In this document: positions 26,634 to 30,292 of the stretch, piece by piece
How positions within the stretch are numbered: the first letter of the stretch is position 1
Layout: each line of letters begins with the position of its first letter
From: Planctomycetota bacterium
GTDB taxonomy: Bacteria > Planctomycetota > GCA-002687715 > DRQF01
NCBI GenBank assembly: GCA_027001995.1
Contig: JALTLO010000198.1
Location: 1 to 30,292 of the forward strand
Length of the DNA stretch: 30,292 nucleotides
Direction: 5' to 3'
Notes under the pieces: model-generated
What the model was told of the DNA's origin: nothing
Databases searched by the model: none
The model's input: the letters and a program-made list of their open reading frames with translations, nothing else
Position numbers and translations under genes: made by a program

Positions 26634-28511
26634 GTGGCTCAGCTCGATTTTTTGCAATCGGAAGTCGCGGCGATACCCAGTGAGCCAGGGGTCTATCTTT
26701 TTCTCGATGACAAGCACAAGATCCTCTATGTCGGCAAGGCAGTGAATCTCCGCAGTCGGGTTCGGTCTTACTTCAACAAGACGAAAGACCATCGATTGGT
26801 GACGGAGTTTATCCATCACTTCGCTCGATACATGGATTTCTTGGTGACGGACAGCGAAAAGGATGCTTTGCTTCTTGAAAATAGCCTGATCAAGAAACAT
26901 GCTCCCAAATTCAATGTGCGCCTCCGCGATGACAAGACCTATTTTAGTCTCCGTCTCGACCGCAAAGCGAAATGGCCTTGGTTTACTATTGTGCGCAAAC
27001 GCAAAGAGGAAGAGGGTGTTCTTTTCTTCGGCCCTTACACCTCAGCCACAGCCTGCCGACAGACCCTCAACTATTTGAATACGATGTTTCCCCTACGAAC
27101 CTGCACTGACTCTGTGCTCGCCAACCGCAGCCGTCCATGCATTAGCTACGAAATCAAACGTTGTGCCGGCCCATGCGTCGATTTGATCTCTGAGTCTGAT
27201 TATCAGGTGATCGTCGAAGATGCCGTTCAATTCTTGAAAGGTAAGAACAGCGACTTGGTTCGCGATCTTGAGGGGAGAATGAAGGCTGCTGCCGCCAAAC
27301 TTGACTATGAGCAGGCGGCCATGATCAGGGACCGCATTGAGGCCATTCGCACCACCGTAGCCCAGCCTCATGTGACGAAGAACACGAAGCAAGATTTTGA
27401 TGTCATCGGTCTCTATCGAACCGAGAAAGAAACCCAGCTTTGCGTCTTGTTCATTCGTGACGGTATTCTCACTGCCAGCTCGTCCTTTTTGTTTGACAAT
27501 CATCATGAGACCGAAGAACTCTTGCGATCGTTCTTAGGGCAATTCTATACCAGTACTCATCTTCCTCCAGCAGAAGTGGTGCTTCCAGAAGAGTGTGCTG
27601 AATTGCCGCTGATTGCCGATATGCTTTCTAACCTTCGGGAGTCGTCGGTGAAGATTGTCGTACCGGAGCGAGGCGAAAAGAAACGCCAGCTTCTTTTGGC
27701 CATCAAGAACGCAGAGCTGGCATATTTGCAAAGAAACCGTGACAACACAGAGATGACTCGGGTGATGCAAAACCTGAGGACTCGGCTCGACTTGGTGAGA
27801 ATTCCCCGAAGAATCGAATGCTATGACATCTCGAACCTCATGGGCACTCACGTGGTGGGCTCGGGGGTTGCCTTTCTCGACGGTCGCCCAGACAAGAGCC
27901 GCTACCGACGGTACAAAATTAAGACAGTTGAAGGTCAGGACGATTTTGCTTCCATGGCTGAAGTCTTAGGAAGACGATTGAGAAGAGGGGCACGGGAAGA
28001 CGATTTGCCTGACTTGATCATCATCGATGGGGGCGAGGCTCAGTTGGATGCAGTCTTTGAGGTTTTTAAGGACTTGCGAATTGACCAAGTGGATTTGATC
28101 TCCCTGGCCAAAGCAAGAACGGGCAAGCGAGCGAACACAGCGATCAAGAGGAAGGAACGCATTTTCAAACCAGGCCTCACGGTGCCCATCATTCTCGATC
28201 AACGTTCTCCTGAGCTTCGGCTTTTGATGCGACTGCGAGATGAAGCCCATCGGTTCGCAATTACTTATCACCGACGCCTTCGGGCCAAGGCTCAAGTAAC
28301 ATCGATTCTGGAATTGGTACCGGGGATTGGCAAACGAAAAGCCAATGAACTTCTGAGGGCTTTCGGTTCGGTCAAGGGAGTTCGTGAAGCACAAAAAGAC
28401 GCCATCTTGAAGGTCAAGGGAATGAACGCTTCCCTCTTCGAGATATTACGAGAATTCTTTGAAACGAGAGGGCATTTGGAAGATGACATGGGCATTCGAG
28501 AAGAAGACTGA
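26634..28511 (+). CDS. uvrC: Excinuclease ABC subunit C
   Basis: GIY-YIG motif PGVYLF...YVGKAVNLRSRVRSYF, Cys cluster (C..C, C...C), UVR motif, RNase H-like ECYDISN and IIDGG, RDEAHRFA, and HhH VPGIG. The GTG start abuts the uvrB stop. Confidence 0.97.
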   Translation: MAQLDFLQSEVAAIPSEPGVYLFLDDKHKILYVGKAVNLRSRVRSYFNKTKDHRLVTEFIHHFARYMDFLVTDSEKDALLLENSLIKKHAPKFNVRLRDDKTYFSLRLDRKAKWPWFTIVRKRKEEEGVLFFGPYTSATACRQTLNYLNTMFPLRTCTDSVLANRSRPCISYEIKRCAGPCVDLISESDYQVIVEDAVQFLKGKNSDLVRDLEGRMKAAAAKLDYEQAAMIRDRIEAIRTTVAQPHVTKNTKQDFDVIGLYRTEKETQLCVLFIRDGILTASSSFLFDNHHETEELLRSFLGQFYTSTHLPPAEVVLPEECAELPLIADMLSNLRESSVKIVVPERGEKKRQLLLAIKNAELAYLQRNRDNTEMTRVMQNLRTRLDLVRIPRRIECYDISNLMGTHVVGSGVAFLDGRPDKSRYRRYKIKTVEGQDDFASMAEVLGRRLRRGAREDDLPDLIIIDGGEAQLDAVFEVFKDLRIDQVDLISLAKARTGKRANTAIKRKERIFKPGLTVPIILDQRSPELRLLMRLRDEAHRFAITYHRRLRAKAQVTSILELVPGIGKRKANELLRAFGSVKGVREAQKDAILKVKGMNASLFEILREFFETRGHLEDDMGIREED

Positions 28512-28523
28512 GGGCTTTGGGCC

Positions 28524-28898
28524 ATGAACGAAAAAGACGAAAAAAGGGCCTCCCTTCTCATTCACCAGCTTGGTTTCTTTGGCTACGTGGTGCCCATCGT
28601 CGGCAACCTCTTGCCCTTATGGATTTTTTGGCGACGCAAACGAAAGGAGTCGAAGGTCTTGGAAGCCCATGGGATCGCTGCTTTGAATTATCAGATAACA
28701 GTCACTATTGTGATGATCTGCCTTTGGGTTCTAACCCTATTCCTATTGGGTGTTGGTTTTGTCCTGTTCGCTTCTGCAAACATCGCCCATGTTTGCAGCA
28801 TGATCTGGGTAAACCTCCAAGTGAGCGAAGGGGAAGAGCCTGAGTATCCCCTGACTTTTCAATTCATGACAATGCCAGAGCTCGGTAAGAAACCATGA
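28524..28898 (+). CDS. DUF4870-like small membrane protein
   Basis: Three hydrophobic segments, PLWIFW, HG..ALNYQIT and GE...YPLT resemble DUF4870 (Tic20-like) proteins (from memory, not searched). Confidence 0.75.
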   Translation: MNEKDEKRASLLIHQLGFFGYVVPIVGNLLPLWIFWRRKRKESKVLEAHGIAALNYQITVTIVMICLWVLTLFLLGVGFVLFASANIAHVCSMIWVNLQVSEGEEPEYPLTFQFMTMPELGKKP

Positions 28899-29052
28899 CT
28901 GATACGAAAACCAGCAAGACCCCTAAGAGCGTCAAGAGATTCATCGGCCAAGTGGATCTCGATGTTTGCCGACATGATGGCGTTTAGACTGGAGAGAAAA
29001 CAACCAGGGCAATTGTGCTCGATGCGCCATTCTTTCTTGGACGGATGTGTGG

Positions 29053-29577
29053 TTAATCGACGATGACTATCTGAATGAGGAAGAAGAGCCCGACCGCAAA
29101 AAGGATGGCTCCAAGTAGGATGAGATAGCGAAACCCGCCGTCTCTTTGACTCAAATCCTGGCGAATCCAATGGAATGAAGTTTGGGTGGCATCGCCACCA
29201 GAAAATTTGCTGTAACTGAGAGCCTTACTGCTAATGCCCATGTCCTTGGCGTTGACGTCATTGCTTACCGCAACTTCTTGGGGATGATCGGACTCGTCGA
29301 AAACCAAGCTGAAATGTGTTTCGCCCACGCGAATCTCATCACCGTCGGTGAGCACGGCTTTCTCGATCTTGTTGCCATTGAGGAAAGTGCCGTTTTTTGA
29401 GTTGAGGTCCTCGATGAGCCAGCGGTGCCCCAATTTGTAGACCCGAGAGTTCTCTCTGGACATGCGGCTATCTTCGATGGGAATACCGTTCTTCGCCAAG
29501 CGTCCAATTGTATTGGAATCTTGCAAAGGGAATTCGCTACCCCGGGCCGCGCCGTTTTTGACAATGAGCAAAGCCAT
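29053..29577 (-). CDS. FHA-domain protein with a C-terminal TM anchor
   Basis: FHA motifs TIGR, SRE(N), DLNSKNGTFLNG and LTDGDEIRVG; hydrophobic C-terminus; GGAG RBS before ATG 29577. Confidence 0.88.
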   Translation of the reverse strand: MALLIVKNGAARGSEFPLQDSNTIGRLAKNGIPIEDSRMSRENSRVYKLGHRWLIEDLNSKNGTFLNGNKIEKAVLTDGDEIRVGETHFSLVFDESDHPQEVAVSNDVNAKDMGISSKALSYSKFSGGDATQTSFHWIRQDLSQRDGGFRYLILLGAILFAVGLFFLIQIVIVD

Positions 29578-29766
29578 GTTCTTCTCCGTATCGGCTGAGA
29601 TTGTAGTGAGAGGGGCGAATTTGAGCAAGTTTGTCCAAAAGGGGGCATTCGTGCAGAATTAGGCAGCCGGCTCATTTATCAGATCGCTCAGGGCCACCAA
29701 GTAGTGAATAATTCGGGATGAGCGAACGAGGATAGATCCGATTCAGAAGGGACTTCGGTTGAATTC

Positions 29767-30292
29767 ATGACGGAACAAGTAGAAAGCGCCGTTTTAGCCA
29801 CCCTGTTGCGCAAGCAATACCCGGGCCACTTCGGGGGTGAAAAGCAGGTAGCCATTGAGCAATTAGATCTTTTGCTTCGACCTGGAGAGGCCTTGATGCT
29901 TGTTGGACCCAATGGGGCTGGCAAGAGTACGGCGCTTAGGCTGATGGCGGGGATCGAAAGACCGGACAGTGGTCGATTGACAATTCTTGGAACCTCCCCC
30001 GGCGCCATGGACAACCGTAGACGTGTGGGATATTTGCCTGACTCCAGCGAGATGTTTCCCTTTTTGGATGTTGTGGAGACTTTGAGTTTTTTTACTGCCG
30101 CAGCCAATCTGAAGAAGGCGGAGGCGAAGCGGCGGATCGATGAAATGGTCGATCTCTTTGAGATGGGGGAGTGGAAGAAGAAGAGAACCAAGACTTTTTC
30201 TTTGGGCATGCGCCGCAGGTTGGGGTTGGCTTGCACACTCATTGGTGCTCCTGATCTTTTGTTGTTGGACGAACCCACCAGTGGCCTTGGTC
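29767..30292 (+). CDS. ABC transporter ATP-binding protein (truncated by the window end)
   Basis: Manual translation from ATG 29767 gives Walker A GPNGAGKST, GYLPD, signature FSLGMRRRLGLA and Walker B LLLLDEPTSGL. Absent from the ORF track because there is no stop inside the window. Confidence 0.92.
   Translation, partial: MTEQVESAVLATLLRKQYPGHFGGEKQVAIEQLDLLLRPGEALMLVGPNGAGKSTALRLMAGIERPDSGRLTILGTSPGAMDNRRRVGYLPDSSEMFPFLDVVETLSFFTAAANLKKAEAKRRIDEMVDLFEMGEWKKKRTKTFSLGMRRRLGLACTLIGAPDLLLLDEPTSGLG

Noticed and set aside
29688..30278. 196-aa minus-strand ORF
   Set aside because: Antisense shadow of the ABC ATPase, whose Walker A, signature and Walker B motifs are on the + strand.

Overview
Bacterial chromosomal window with roughly balanced GC and high coding density. 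The lineage cannot be determined from the sequence, but several orphan protein architectures suggest Planctomycetota (inference). Gene order on the + strand: ALDH7-type aldehyde dehydrogenase, OmpR-family regulator and sensor kinase, HpnA-like epimerase, DUF6265-like lipoprotein, GNAT acetyltransferase, a 1985-aa thioester alpha-2-macroglobulin, and a CaCA-type antiporter. Next is a ~300-nt highly structured intergenic region, then lexA (-), which is preceded by an unannotated 26-codon hydrophobic ORF with a strong RBS. Then nadB-hflX (+), two tandem membrane-anchored orphans (-) that share a C-terminal domain, a secreted Arg-rich/Gly-Tyr-rich/TPR protein (+), a TPR protein-uvrB-uvrC-DUF4870 cluster (+), an FHA-TM protein (-), and a truncated ABC ATPase (+). 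I saw no mobile elements, CRISPR arrays, rRNA or tRNA. The most promising lead is the lexA locus: a small membrane peptide apparently co-expressed with lexA, a candidate direct-repeat operator, and a structured ncRNA candidate immediately downstream.
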